From positions 288,001 through 352,000 of the forward strand of contig OZ251997.1 in NCBI GenBank assembly GCA_965247095.1: a stretch of 64,000 nucleotides of DNA, in the 5' to 3' direction. This DNA is from Candidatus Multivorans sp. Its GTDB lineage: Bacteria > Acidobacteriota > Thermoanaerobaculia > Multivoradales > Multivoraceae. The position numbers and the translations under genes were made by a program. The notes below the pieces were generated by a model. The model had not been told where the DNA came from and ran no database searches. It was given only the letters and a program-made list of their open reading frames with translations. This document shows, one piece after another, positions 1 through 9,193 of the stretch (positions are counted from its first letter, which is position 1; every line of letters begins with the position of its first letter).

Positions 1-7
1 TGACACC

Positions 8-331
8 GTGGTTCATGGCCTTGTTGTATTCGCAGAGACCGGTGAACCGGCTGCCGGCGCGGTTGTTCGGTTCGAGACGGCGGACGAGCGGATCGTGCAT
101 CAGGGCCGCGCCGGCGACGACGGCAGATTCTCGGCTCGGGGCGTACCGGTCGGCTGGATCCGCATCTCCGCCCATCCGCGGGGTCTGGGCGGATGGTTGG
201 CGAGCGCCTCAGTGGAGGCGGTAGTGAGTTCGTCAGGTCCGCTGAGCGTGACCCTGCGGTTGCCGGAACTGGACCTGGAGTCGCTGCGGCCGGGAGCGAG
301 GGCGCCTGTGCGCCGGACCATCCGGCAGTAG
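8..331 (+). CDS. Carboxypeptidase-regulatory-like (Ig-like) domain protein, probably the 3' part of a gene starting before the window
   Basis: GxVV..ETGEPAAGAVV...GDDGRFSARGVPVG pattern typical of this domain; window edge. Confidence 0.55.
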   Translation: MVHGLVVFAETGEPAAGAVVRFETADERIVHQGRAGDDGRFSARGVPVGWIRISAHPRGLGGWLASASVEAVVSSSGPLSVTLRLPELDLESLRPGARAPVRRTIRQ

Positions 332-349
332 CTGGTACCCTGCGCCGCC

Positions 350-1546
350 ATGGGCGGTCCGCTCGACGGCTTCCGGGTGATCGAACTGGCGACCATGGTG
401 TCGGCGCCGATCGCCACCATGCTGCTGGCGGATCAGGGCGCCGAGGTGATCAAGGTCGAGGCGCCGCCCCACGGCGACATCATGCGCCGGCTCGGGCCGC
501 AGCGAGGGGGCGTCACGGCCGGGTTCGCGACGATCAACCGGGGCAAGCGGTCTCTGGTGCTCGACCTGAAGCATGAGCGCGGGATCGGCATCCTCCACGA
601 CCTGGTGGGAACGGCCGATGTCTTCGTCCAGAACTTCCGGCCCGGCGTGGTTGATCGTCTGGACCTCGGCGCCGACCGGCTGCGCGAGTTGAACCCGCGG
701 CTCGTCTACGTGTCGATCAGCGGCTTCGGCCAGGATGGCCCGTACGCTCAGAAGCGCGTCTACGACCCGATCATCCAGGCGCTGTCCGGCGTCGCCGACA
801 TCCAGGCCGACCGGGTGACGGGTGAGCCGAAGATGGTGCGCACGATCATCCCCGACAAGGTAACCGGGCTCACCGCCGCCCAGGCGATCACGGCGGCGCT
901 GCTTGCGCGGGAACGGACCGGCGAGGGCCAGCACCTCGGCCAGCACCTCGAAATTGCCATGCTCGACGCGACGATCTCCTTCGTCTGGCCCGAAGGCTTC
1001 GTGCGCCAGATCCTGGTCGGCGGCGAGGTGGCGCACGGACGCCCGGGATCGACCAGCGACCTGATCTACAAGACCGCCGACGGCTACATCACGGCGTCGA
1101 CGATCTCGGACGCCGAGTGGGAGGGCATGGCGCGCGCCACCGGGCGCCTGGAGTGGCTGGAGGACGAGCGCTACAACACGGCCGCGGGCAGGATCTCGAA
1201 CGCCGACCAGCGTCTCGGGATGGTTGGCGACGTCCTGCGGCAGCGCACGTCCGCCGAGTGGCTCGCCGCTCTGGAAGCGGAGGACGTTCCCTGCGCTCCG
1301 ATCCTCAACCGCAACGAGGTGCTGACCGACCCCCAGGTGGTCCGCAACGAGTTGCTGCGCGAGGTCGACCATCCCCAGGTCGGCCGGATGCGCGTGCCGC
1401 GTCCCGCGGCGAGGTTCTCGGGCACGCCGCCGGAACAGGCTGCGGCGTCGCCCGTGCTGGGCGAGGGGGCCGAGGACCTGCTGGGCGGTCTCGGTTTGAG
1501 CGCCGCCGAGATCGACGCACTGCGGCGCCGGAAGATCGTCGGTTAG
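350..1546 (+). CDS. CoA transferase, family III (CaiB/BaiF)
   Basis: PLDGFRVIEL, ADQGAEVIKVE, NRGKRSLVLDLK, DVFVQNFRPG, SISGFGQDGPY motifs. Confidence 0.93.
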   Translation: MGGPLDGFRVIELATMVSAPIATMLLADQGAEVIKVEAPPHGDIMRRLGPQRGGVTAGFATINRGKRSLVLDLKHERGIGILHDLVGTADVFVQNFRPGVVDRLDLGADRLRELNPRLVYVSISGFGQDGPYAQKRVYDPIIQALSGVADIQADRVTGEPKMVRTIIPDKVTGLTAAQAITAALLARERTGEGQHLGQHLEIAMLDATISFVWPEGFVRQILVGGEVAHGRPGSTSDLIYKTADGYITASTISDAEWEGMARATGRLEWLEDERYNTAAGRISNADQRLGMVGDVLRQRTSAEWLAALEAEDVPCAPILNRNEVLTDPQVVRNELLREVDHPQVGRMRVPRPAARFSGTPPEQAAASPVLGEGAEDLLGGLGLSAAEIDALRRRKIVG

Positions 1547-1575
1547 GCGTCGGTTAGGCGTCGGTTAGGCGTCGG
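1537..1575 (+). repeat. 11-bp tandem repeat (CGTCGGTTAGG)x3.5 spanning the stop codon
   Basis: Units at 1537, 1548, 1559 and a partial unit at 1570. Confidence 0.9.
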
Positions 1576-1621
1576 CCACACCCGCCCGCTTTGGGGCTCC
1601 GGGGGGGGGCTCCCAGGTGCC

Positions 1622-1693
1622 GTGCCATCCGTGCGCCCGCTGACGGGCGCACGGACTGGTTCACGGGTGGCGCGGATCGCGCCACCCGGGTTC
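1622..1693 (+). repeat. Repeat family A copy (68-bp two-hairpin unit plus flanking GTTC)
   Basis: GTGC-CATCCGTGCGCCCG-CTGA-CGGGCGCACGGA-CTGGTTCA-CGGGTGGCGCG-GAT-CGCGCCACCCG-G-GTTC; matches the reverse complement of 33823-33894 and 62370-62441. Confidence 0.9.
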
Positions 1694-1749
1694 GCGCTTG
1701 GTCGGAAGGCAGGGAGGTCGGCGCTGAGGGCTGCTAGGGTCCGCCGGTC

Positions 1750-2733
1750 GTGCGCTGGCTGCACTACTACCTCAGGCTGCTGGCCGCGGCGTCCCTGCTG
1801 CTGATCGCGGCGGGTGGTCTGGTCACCAGCACGGACTCGGGACTGGCCGTTCCCGACTGGCCGAACACCTACGGCTACTTCATGTTCTCGTTCCCGTTCT
1901 CGAAGATGGTCGGCGGCATTTTCTACGAGCACGGCCATCGGCTGATCGCGAGCACCGTCGGTCTGCTGACCATCGGCCTGGTGCTCTGGGCCTGGCGCGC
2001 TGAGCCGCGCCGGTGGGTGCGCCGGATGACCTGGACGGCGCTGGGTGCGGTCGTGGCTCAGGGGCTGCTCGGCGGCGTCACAGTGATCTACCTGCTGCCC
2101 AAGCCGATTTCGATCAGCCATGCCGGATTGGCGCAGCTCTTCTTTGCCCTGGTCGTCGGCCTCGGCGTCTTTACGTCGGCGGGTTGGCGAGACGGCTACG
2201 GGCGTGTCGAGCCCTTGGGTGATCCCGTTCTCGGGCGTCTCGCGGTGGCCGTTCCGACGCTCGTCTACGGCCAGATCCTGCTCGGCGCGACGATGCGTCA
2301 CAACGACGCCGGGCTCGCGATCCCCGACTTCCCGCTCGCTTTCGGCCGGCTTCTGCCGCCGGAGTGGAGTCTCGGCATCGGACTCCATTTCGCGCATCGC
2401 CTGGGCGCCGTCGCGGTGACGGCGGTCGCCGTGGCTCTCATCGCGCGGGTATTCGCTCATCACCGTGGTCGACACGAACTCGTCCGCCCGGCTCTGCTCC
2501 TTGCCGCGGTCCTGCTGGTGCAGATCGGTCTCGGAGCCTGGACCGTGTGGAGCGGCCTGCAGCCCCACATCAATACGTCGCACGTCGCCACCGGCGCCCT
2601 GGTGTGGGTTGTGTCCGTGACCCTGGCTCTGCGCGTCCACCGAGCCTGGTTCAGCGACGGGCAGTCGATCCGGTTGGCCCGTCTCTTACCCGACGCCGCG
2701 GCCGTCGAGGGCCACGAGCGGGCCCGGGCGTGA
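1750..2733 (+). CDS. ctaA: Heme A synthase (COX15/CtaA)
   Basis: GGLVTSTDSGLAVPDWP, FYEHGHRL, HFAHRLGA and SH heme-ligand motifs; multi-TM; adjacent to ctaB. Confidence 0.9.
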   Translation: MRWLHYYLRLLAAASLLLIAAGGLVTSTDSGLAVPDWPNTYGYFMFSFPFSKMVGGIFYEHGHRLIASTVGLLTIGLVLWAWRAEPRRWVRRMTWTALGAVVAQGLLGGVTVIYLLPKPISISHAGLAQLFFALVVGLGVFTSAGWRDGYGRVEPLGDPVLGRLAVAVPTLVYGQILLGATMRHNDAGLAIPDFPLAFGRLLPPEWSLGIGLHFAHRLGAVAVTAVAVALIARVFAHHRGRHELVRPALLLAAVLLVQIGLGAWTVWSGLQPHINTSHVATGALVWVVSVTLALRVHRAWFSDGQSIRLARLLPDAAAVEGHERARA

Positions 2734-3615
2734 CGATTCTGGCCGCCGAAGCAGCCCGTCCGGGTCGCGCCTCTCTGTTGCTGGCGCTGGCAAAGCCGCG
2801 GCTCAATGCACTGGCGGTCGCCACGGTGGCGATCGGTTACTACCTGGGAGCCCAAGAGTTCGACCTGGCTGTGTTCCTTGCTGTCGTTGCGGGCTCCGCG
2901 TTGGTAGCGGGCGGCGGCGCCGCGTTCAATCAGGTCGCGGAGCGCGATCTGGACGCGCTCATGGAGCGCACGCGGTCGCGGCCACTGCCGACGGGGGGGG
3001 TCGCCCGCGGCTGGCCGGCTCTTCGCCACGATTCTGAGCGTGGCGGGTGTGATCGTGCTGGCGCTCGGAGTCAACCTTGTAGCGACGGCGGTCGCGCTGG
3101 CGACCCTGATCAGCTACGCCTGGATCTACACGCCGATGAAGCGGCGCACGCCCTGGGCGGTCCTCGTCGGCGCGGTACCCGGCGCGTTGCCGCCAGTCAT
3201 CGGCTGGGTCGCCGCCCGCGGCGCCCTGACCGTAGAGGCGTGGTTGTTGTTCGGGATCGTCTTCGCGTGGCAGCTCCCGCACTTCCATTCCCTGGCCTGG
3301 CTTTACCGCGACGACTACGCGCGCGCCGGCTTCAAGGTCCTGGCCGCAACCGATCCCGACGGGCGCAGCACGGCCATGCAGTCAATGCTCTGGGCCTTTC
3401 TGCTTGCCGGCCTCACCCTACTCGCTGCCGTCGTCGGCCTGGCCCCTCCCGCCTTTGCAATCGCCGCCGCGACCTTCAGCACCGCCTTCGCCCTGCTCGC
3501 CGCCCGCTTCCTCAACAACCGAACAAACACTCGCGCTCGCACCCTGTTCCTCGGTTCCTTGATCGTGCTGCCCCTGATCTGGACCGCCCTCGTAGCCGGC
3601 CACGCGGCTCTCTGA
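2730..3615 (+). pseudogene. ctaB: Protoheme IX farnesyltransferase (heme O synthase), frameshifted at the G8 tract 2993-3000 (true frameshift or sequencing error)
   Basis: N-half LAKPR...NQVAERDLDALMERTRSRPLPTG in one frame (GTG 2730 overlaps the ctaA stop); C-half YTPMKR..GAVPGALPPVIGW..WQLPHF..DDYARAG in the frame of ORF 3040..3615. Confidence 0.85.
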
Positions 3616-3637
3616 TTTCAGAGACTTGTTTCGCGGA

Positions 3638-4081
3638 CTACCCGTCCGACCTGAGCAGGAGGATGCGGTTGTCGCTGGCGCCTGGAACCGCTGCGATCGG
3701 GATCGAGTCGTCGAAGGTGGCCAGGATGCCGTCGTTTTGCACTGCCAGGGCCAGGAGGTAGACGTCCGTGATCTGGCGGTAGCCTCGAATCGACCCGGCC
3801 GCGAGGTGCTCGCGTTCACGTATCGATAGCGAGTCGGGCCAGAAGGCGTGATCGTCGGTCTGGCAGAAGATCCTCAGGCGCTCCGTTGCGTCGGCCACCG
3901 TGGTCCGGCGCCCGGAATAGCTGGGGTTCGCCACGATCCGAACGAAGCCGTTCTCGGTCAATGGACAGGTTGACCAAGGTCCCCGCGAAGGACTTCCGAA
4001 CCACCGGTGGGCCGTCTCGTAGTGGATGTGCTCCGGGTCGAAGAGAGCTATCAGAACATTGACGTCGAGCAACGCACTCAA
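3638..4081 (-). CDS. vapC: PIN-domain toxin (VapC family)
   Basis: LLDVNVLIAL, TCPLTENGFVRI, QITDVYLLALA, LATFD. Confidence 0.9.
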   Translation of the reverse strand: MSALLDVNVLIALFDPEHIHYETAHRWFGSPSRGPWSTCPLTENGFVRIVANPSYSGRRTTVADATERLRIFCQTDDHAFWPDSLSIREREHLAAGSIRGYRQITDVYLLALAVQNDGILATFDDSIPIAAVPGASDNRILLLRSDG

Positions 4082-4308
4082 GGTTCGTCGTCTCGCAGAG
4101 CGTTCACCGCGGCGAGCGAGACCGGCCGAGCGCCGTCACGCGAGGGCAGTAAGGGAACGCCGTTTCGTTCTTCGACTCGGTGGGACCGGGGCGCCAGCGC
4201 CTTCCTGGCGAGCTCCGAGACGACTCGACCCACAGGTACACGGCGCTGCGCGGCGAGCTCCTTTGCGGCCCAGAGGACATCTTCGTCGAGGTTCAGTGTG
4301 GTGCGCAT
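4078..4308 (-). CDS. vapB: RHH/CopG-type antitoxin (VapB)
   Basis: MRTTLNLDEDVL...VSELARKAL; stop overlaps the toxin start; the longer listed ORF runs through repeats. Confidence 0.88.
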   Translation of the reverse strand: MRTTLNLDEDVLWAAKELAAQRRVPVGRVVSELARKALAPRSHRVEERNGVPLLPSRDGARPVSLAAVNALRDDEP

Positions 4309-4343
4309 AGGCTGAGCATCGCGCATCATGCATCTGATGTCAA
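4309..4343 (-). promoter_or_regulatory. Sigma70-type promoter, probably leaderless, with CATC/GATG operator-like repeats
   Basis: On the minus strand TTGACA (4338-4343), 17 nt, GATGCT (4315-4320), 6 nt, ATG. Confidence 0.6.
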
Positions 4344-4364
4344 CCGTGCGTTCTACGCCGCCCC

Positions 4365-4506
4365 GAACCCGTTTTGGGAGGAGACGAGCAAGACGCGACC
4401 CAGTCCGTGCGCCCGTCATCGGGCGCCCGGATGGCACCCGTTTTGGGAGGAGACGAGCAAGACGCGAACCAGTCCGTGCGCCCGTCAGCGGGCGCACGGA
4501 TGGAAC
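4365..4506 (-). repeat. Repeat family A tandem dimer (2 x 69 bp) inserted in the 3' end of a CoA transferase gene
   Basis: GAAC[4369-4437 ending GCAC][4438-4506 ending GAAC]; near-identical units; supplies the TGA at 4485. Confidence 0.92.
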
Positions 4507-5618
4507 TCCGTCCGGATCGCGGCGCCGTGCTGGTCGAGTTCGGGCACGGGAGGTAGGCGTCGCCCCGGTTCGTTCGGGGCGGCAGCGGGAGCCACCATGT
4601 CGATCTCGGTGCCGTCGGGGAGCGGTTGCCTGACTCGGCGGAGCTGTGGATGCCGCGACAGAGCGGCGACGTCGTTCAGGAAGCCGTAGGCGATGCGGGC
4701 GCGATCGAGGATCGTGCGAATCGACTGCCGGTCGTGGCGGATGAACACCTCGTCGATCGCGGCTTCGACGGCGGCGCGGCCTTGCGCTCGGTCCACGTTC
4801 CGCGGGTAGGCCTCGGCGAGTTCCGGTTGTTCGAGCACTTCATTGCATAGGCGCGCGAACTCGCGGTCGTTCTGGACTCCGATCAGCACGGAGTGGCCGT
4901 CGCCGAGCTGGAACACGCCGTAGGGCACGATCGTCGGATGGCCGAGGCCGACCCGCGGCCAGTCGAGACCATGCTGTTCGAAACGCAGCAGGGGCGCCGC
5001 CATCCAGTCCGCCATCGTGTGGAAGAGGCTGACCTCGACGTTGCGGCCGGCGCCGGTGCGACCGCGCTCGATCAGGGCTTCGAGGATGGCGGAGTACGCG
5101 TAGATGCCGGTGGCGAAGTCGCAGATGGAGACCCCGACGCGGCCGGGCTCTGCCGGCGAACCGGTGATCGACGCGACGCCGCTCTCCGCCTGGACGAGCA
5201 GGTCGTAGGCTCGCATCGACCGGTAGGGGCCGTCCTCGCCGTAGCCCGAGATGTCGCAGGTGACGAGCCGCGGATGGCGCCCGCGGAGCTCCTTCGACCC
5301 GAAGCCGGCCCGCGCGGCTGCGCCCGGCGCGAGGTTCTGGATGAACACATCGGCGCGCTCGACGATCCGTTCGAGCAGGGCCCGATCCTCGTCGCCCTTG
5401 ATGTCGAGAACGATCGACTCCTTGCCGCGGTTCAGCCAGGCGAAGTAGGCCGAGACGCCCCCCGTGCCGTCGTAGCCGCGGGCGAAGTCCCCGCCGTCAC
5501 GCTCCACCTTGATCACCCGGGCGCCTGCGTCCGCCAGGCGGCAGGTCGCCAGCGGCGCCGCGACCGCCTGCTCGATGGCAACCACGAGCAGGCCCTCGAG
5601 AGGACGGTGAGCGGTCAT
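4485..5618 (-). CDS. CoA transferase, family III (CaiB/BaiF)
   Basis: PLEGLLVVAIEQAVAAP, LADAGARVIKVER, NRGKES, QNLAPGA, ISGYGEDGPY. Confidence 0.93.
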   Translation of the reverse strand: MTAHRPLEGLLVVAIEQAVAAPLATCRLADAGARVIKVERDGGDFARGYDGTGGVSAYFAWLNRGKESIVLDIKGDEDRALLERIVERADVFIQNLAPGAAARAGFGSKELRGRHPRLVTCDISGYGEDGPYRSMRAYDLLVQAESGVASITGSPAEPGRVGVSICDFATGIYAYSAILEALIERGRTGAGRNVEVSLFHTMADWMAAPLLRFEQHGLDWPRVGLGHPTIVPYGVFQLGDGHSVLIGVQNDREFARLCNEVLEQPELAEAYPRNVDRAQGRAAVEAAIDEVFIRHDRQSIRTILDRARIAYGFLNDVAALSRHPQLRRVRQPLPDGTEIDMVAPAAAPNEPGRRLPPVPELDQHGAAIRTEFHPCAR

Positions 5619-6295
5619 CGCCAGGCGAAGACCGGCTGCTCGTAGTGAGCGACGCGGACATCATTGCCGCGGAGGACCACCTCGAGCATCTGGTAGACGA
5701 TCGCCGCCGTCGGCGCGTGGACGAGACCGCCCCGGATCGGCATCGAGAGCACCGGGTTCTCGCTCTCGGGAATCTCCCGCAGCACCGGCACGTCGGGCCG
5801 GTCGAGGTCGATCAGGGGGATGCGGTAGGCGCGGTAGACCTCGTCCGGGTTCGGCTGCAGCTCGCGGTAGTCGTCGCACCAGAACACGACCGGCGTGATG
5901 ACGAAGCCGGAGCGGGTGCCGAAGTCGTCGAGCCGGCCCAGGACGGCGCCGGGTTCGAGGTCCAGGCCGACCTCTTCGTGGAGTTCGCGCAGGGCCGCCT
6001 GCTCGGGGGTCTCCGCCTCGTCGATGCGGCCGCCCGGAAGTGCCCACTGACCGCGGTGGCGGCGGAGCCTCAGGGAGCGCCGAGTGAGCAGGAAGCAACC
6101 GCGGCCGCCCTTGTCCGGCAGCAGGGTCACCGCAACGGCGGCATGCGCGTTGGCGGACACGGCGCCGGTGTGCCCGGAGGCTTCCGCGGCCCGCGCCGCG
6201 GCCGCTTCAGGATCGAGCTTTCGCCGCTCGAAGCGCTCCAGGTTCCGCTCAGCGTGGGCGTGGAGTTCCGGACCGTGCCGTGCGGGGAAGCTCAC
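5615..6295 (-). CDS. Nudix hydrolase, CoA pyrophosphatase type
   Basis: LTRRS..LRRHRGQWALPGG followed by the Nudix box GRIDEAETPEQAALRELHEEVGL. Confidence 0.9.
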   Translation of the reverse strand: MSFPARHGPELHAHAERNLERFERRKLDPEAAAARAAEASGHTGAVSANAHAAVAVTLLPDKGGRGCFLLTRRSLRLRRHRGQWALPGGRIDEAETPEQAALRELHEEVGLDLEPGAVLGRLDDFGTRSGFVITPVVFWCDDYRELQPNPDEVYRAYRIPLIDLDRPDVPVLREIPESENPVLSMPIRGGLVHAPTAAIVYQMLEVVLRGNDVRVAHYEQPVFAWR

Positions 6296-6317
6296 GTAGC
6301 CGCGGCTGCCAGACCGT

Positions 6318-7364
6318 TCACGGCGCCTCCTCGCGGATCAGCTCCACGACCCGGCCGAGGGTGTCGAGCCGTTCCGTCACCGTGGCGCCGGCCGGGCTCA
6401 GCCGCAGCGTGGTCACTCCGGCGTCCCGGTAGGCGCGGATGCGGCTGCGAATGCGGGCCTCGTCGCCGATCAGGGTGTTGCCGAGCACCATCTCGTCGGG
6501 AACGCGCGCCGCGGCTTCCTCCCGCTTGCGGGCGATCCACAGCGCCTGCACTTCGCGGGCTGCCTCGACGAAACCGGCGCGGCGGTAGGCGTCGTTGTAG
6601 AAGTTGGTCTGCGCCGAACCCATCGCCCCCAGGGTGAAGGCCATGGACGGCTTGCGGCGGGCCGCCATCCGCTCCAGGTCGTCGCCGAACTCGACCTCGC
6701 CGCCGACCTGGATGTCGATGTCGTCGAGGCTGCGGCCGGCACGCTCGGCCCCCGCGCGCATCGAGGGGAAGAAGGCCTCCGCGTGTTCGGGGATGAAGGA
6801 GGCGCCGAGCCAGCCGTCTGCGACTTCGCCGGTGTACTCGAGCGACTTCGGCCCGAGGGTCGCCAGGTAGATCGGCAGCCTGGGCCGCGGCGGCTGCGAC
6901 ATGCGGATCGCCTTGCCCTCACCGCCGGGGCGGGGCAGGGTGTAGTGCTCGCCCTCGTAGGCGATCTTCTCGCCGGAGAGTGCGATCTTCAGGATGTCGA
7001 TGTATTCCCGCAGGCGGCCCAGGGGCTTTGCGAAGGCTGTGCCGTGCAACCCCTCGACCACCTGGGGACCGCTGACGCCGAGGCCGAGGACGAACCGGTC
7101 CTTCGAGATCGAGGCCAGCGACATCGCGGTCATCGCGGTCATCGAGGGGGCCCGCGCCGAGATCTGCATGATGCCGGTGCCAAGCCGGATGCGCTCCGTG
7201 CGCGCGGCGAGGTAGGCGAGCGGGGTCACGGCGTCCGTGCCCCAGGCCTCGGCCGACCAGACATCGTCCACACCGAGGCGTTCCGCCTCGACGACGTACT
7301 TCGTCAGGGCGTCCCAGTTCGTTCCGGAGGCGTACGCGCTCCCGATGCCGATCGCTGTCCGCAT
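6318..7364 (-). CDS. LLM-class flavin (probably F420)-dependent oxidoreductase
   Basis: WSAEAWGTDAVTPLAYLAA, LGLGVSGPQVVEGLHG, GEVADGW. Confidence 0.9.
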   Translation of the reverse strand: MRTAIGIGSAYASGTNWDALTKYVVEAERLGVDDVWSAEAWGTDAVTPLAYLAARTERIRLGTGIMQISARAPSMTAMTAMSLASISKDRFVLGLGVSGPQVVEGLHGTAFAKPLGRLREYIDILKIALSGEKIAYEGEHYTLPRPGGEGKAIRMSQPPRPRLPIYLATLGPKSLEYTGEVADGWLGASFIPEHAEAFFPSMRAGAERAGRSLDDIDIQVGGEVEFGDDLERMAARRKPSMAFTLGAMGSAQTNFYNDAYRRAGFVEAAREVQALWIARKREEAAARVPDEMVLGNTLIGDEARIRSRIRAYRDAGVTTLRLSPAGATVTERLDTLGRVVELIREEAP

Positions 7365-7392
7365 CCTTCGTTGCTCCTTGTGCTCAGGTGGT

Positions 7393-7974
7393 CTACTGAA
7401 CGGCCGTGGCGCGGACGTAGATCAGTTTGCGGATGTCCGGACGGGGGTCTTGAGTGCGGGTGTGCAGCATCACCTCCAGTTCGCTTCCGTCCTTTGACAG
7501 TTGCCAGGTCTCGGTGACGTCGAAGTCGCCGAACGGTGTGATTCTCGTGTACGAGACGGAGAGCTTGTCCTTGCGCCACTTCACGCGGGCGGTACGCGTA
7601 CCGCCTTGGAAATCGGGCATCTTCCGGGGCTTGCCGTCGGTGACCAGATTCTGGGAGAACTGGACCGGCGCCGGCAGGTTTTCGCCCCGCATGGTGTAGT
7701 TCATCACCAGGTCTTCCCCGGTCAATGAGATCTCGAGTTCGAGGTCGAGTGTGTTCGGCCGTTCGCGGCCGGCGCGGCCCGGGGCCAGGGAGTCGCTGCG
7801 CTCGCTGTCGAGCTGCCAGATGCCGGCGAAGTCCTCGTTGGCGGCGGCCAGCGGCGCCGCGCCGAGCGAGGCGATGGCGAGGGCCGCGCCGACGACGACG
7901 GCCGAGAAGGCCGTGGCCGTTGGGGAACCGGAAGGGCTGGCTGGGATCGTACGAGCGTGGGCTGATTTGTTCAT
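7393..7974 (-). CDS. Exported hypothetical protein (probable beta-barrel)
   Basis: RBS GAGGAG, signal peptide, DFAGIWQLDSERS and ETWQLSKDGSEL motifs. Confidence 0.7.
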   Translation of the reverse strand: MNKSAHARTIPASPSGSPTATAFSAVVVGAALAIASLGAAPLAAANEDFAGIWQLDSERSDSLAPGRAGRERPNTLDLELEISLTGEDLVMNYTMRGENLPAPVQFSQNLVTDGKPRKMPDFQGGTRTARVKWRKDKLSVSYTRITPFGDFDVTETWQLSKDGSELEVMLHTRTQDPRPDIRKLIYVRATAVQ

Positions 7975-8132
7975 GGATTTCTCCTCGCCGGCGGCGTGGG
8001 CGATGCCGGTCGCCGTCGGCAGCGTTACGTTGCTCTCTTGATAGCGGGCGGTTCTACTGAACGACTGTCGCGCGGACGGAGTAGTTCTTGCGGATTGTCG
8101 GGACGGTGGCTGTTCCCGATCTTACCGAGGCG

Positions 8133-8188
8133 CTAGCAGCGTGCGCCGCAGGAAGAATCGGCGCACCCCATGTTCTGCCGCGCACGCT
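8133..8188 (+). mobile_element. Repeat family B (MITE-like) copy; right CTAG absent
   Basis: CTAG-CAGCGTGCGCCGCAGGAAGAATCGGCGCACCCCATGTTCTGCCGCGCACGCT; near-identical to 10888-10948. Confidence 0.8.
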
Positions 8189-8248
8189 TGCATGGAACAA
8201 GCCATGTTTCCTGTGCGTCAGCGCGGCGCGGACGCCGCGACTCGACTC

Positions 8249-9189
<941 letters not shown>

Positions 9190-9193
<4 letters not shown>

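Noticed and set aside
1542-1570. Integron attC/attI core sites (GTTAGGC x3)
   Set aside because: No upstream inverse core RYYYAAC, no integrase and no cassette array; explained by an 11-bp tandem duplication.
2364-3761. 465-aa ORF as a real gene
   Set aside because: Only 2730-3000 is CtaB-like; the rest is off-frame read-through of ctaA and ctaB.
4309-4497. Repeat-containing N-terminal extension of the antitoxin (139-aa ORF)
   Set aside because: It is a translation of the A dimer; the promoter lies directly before ATG 4308.
4365-4506. CRISPR-like array
   Set aside because: Only two units, the would-be spacers are identical, and there are no cas genes; it is a tandem family A dimer.
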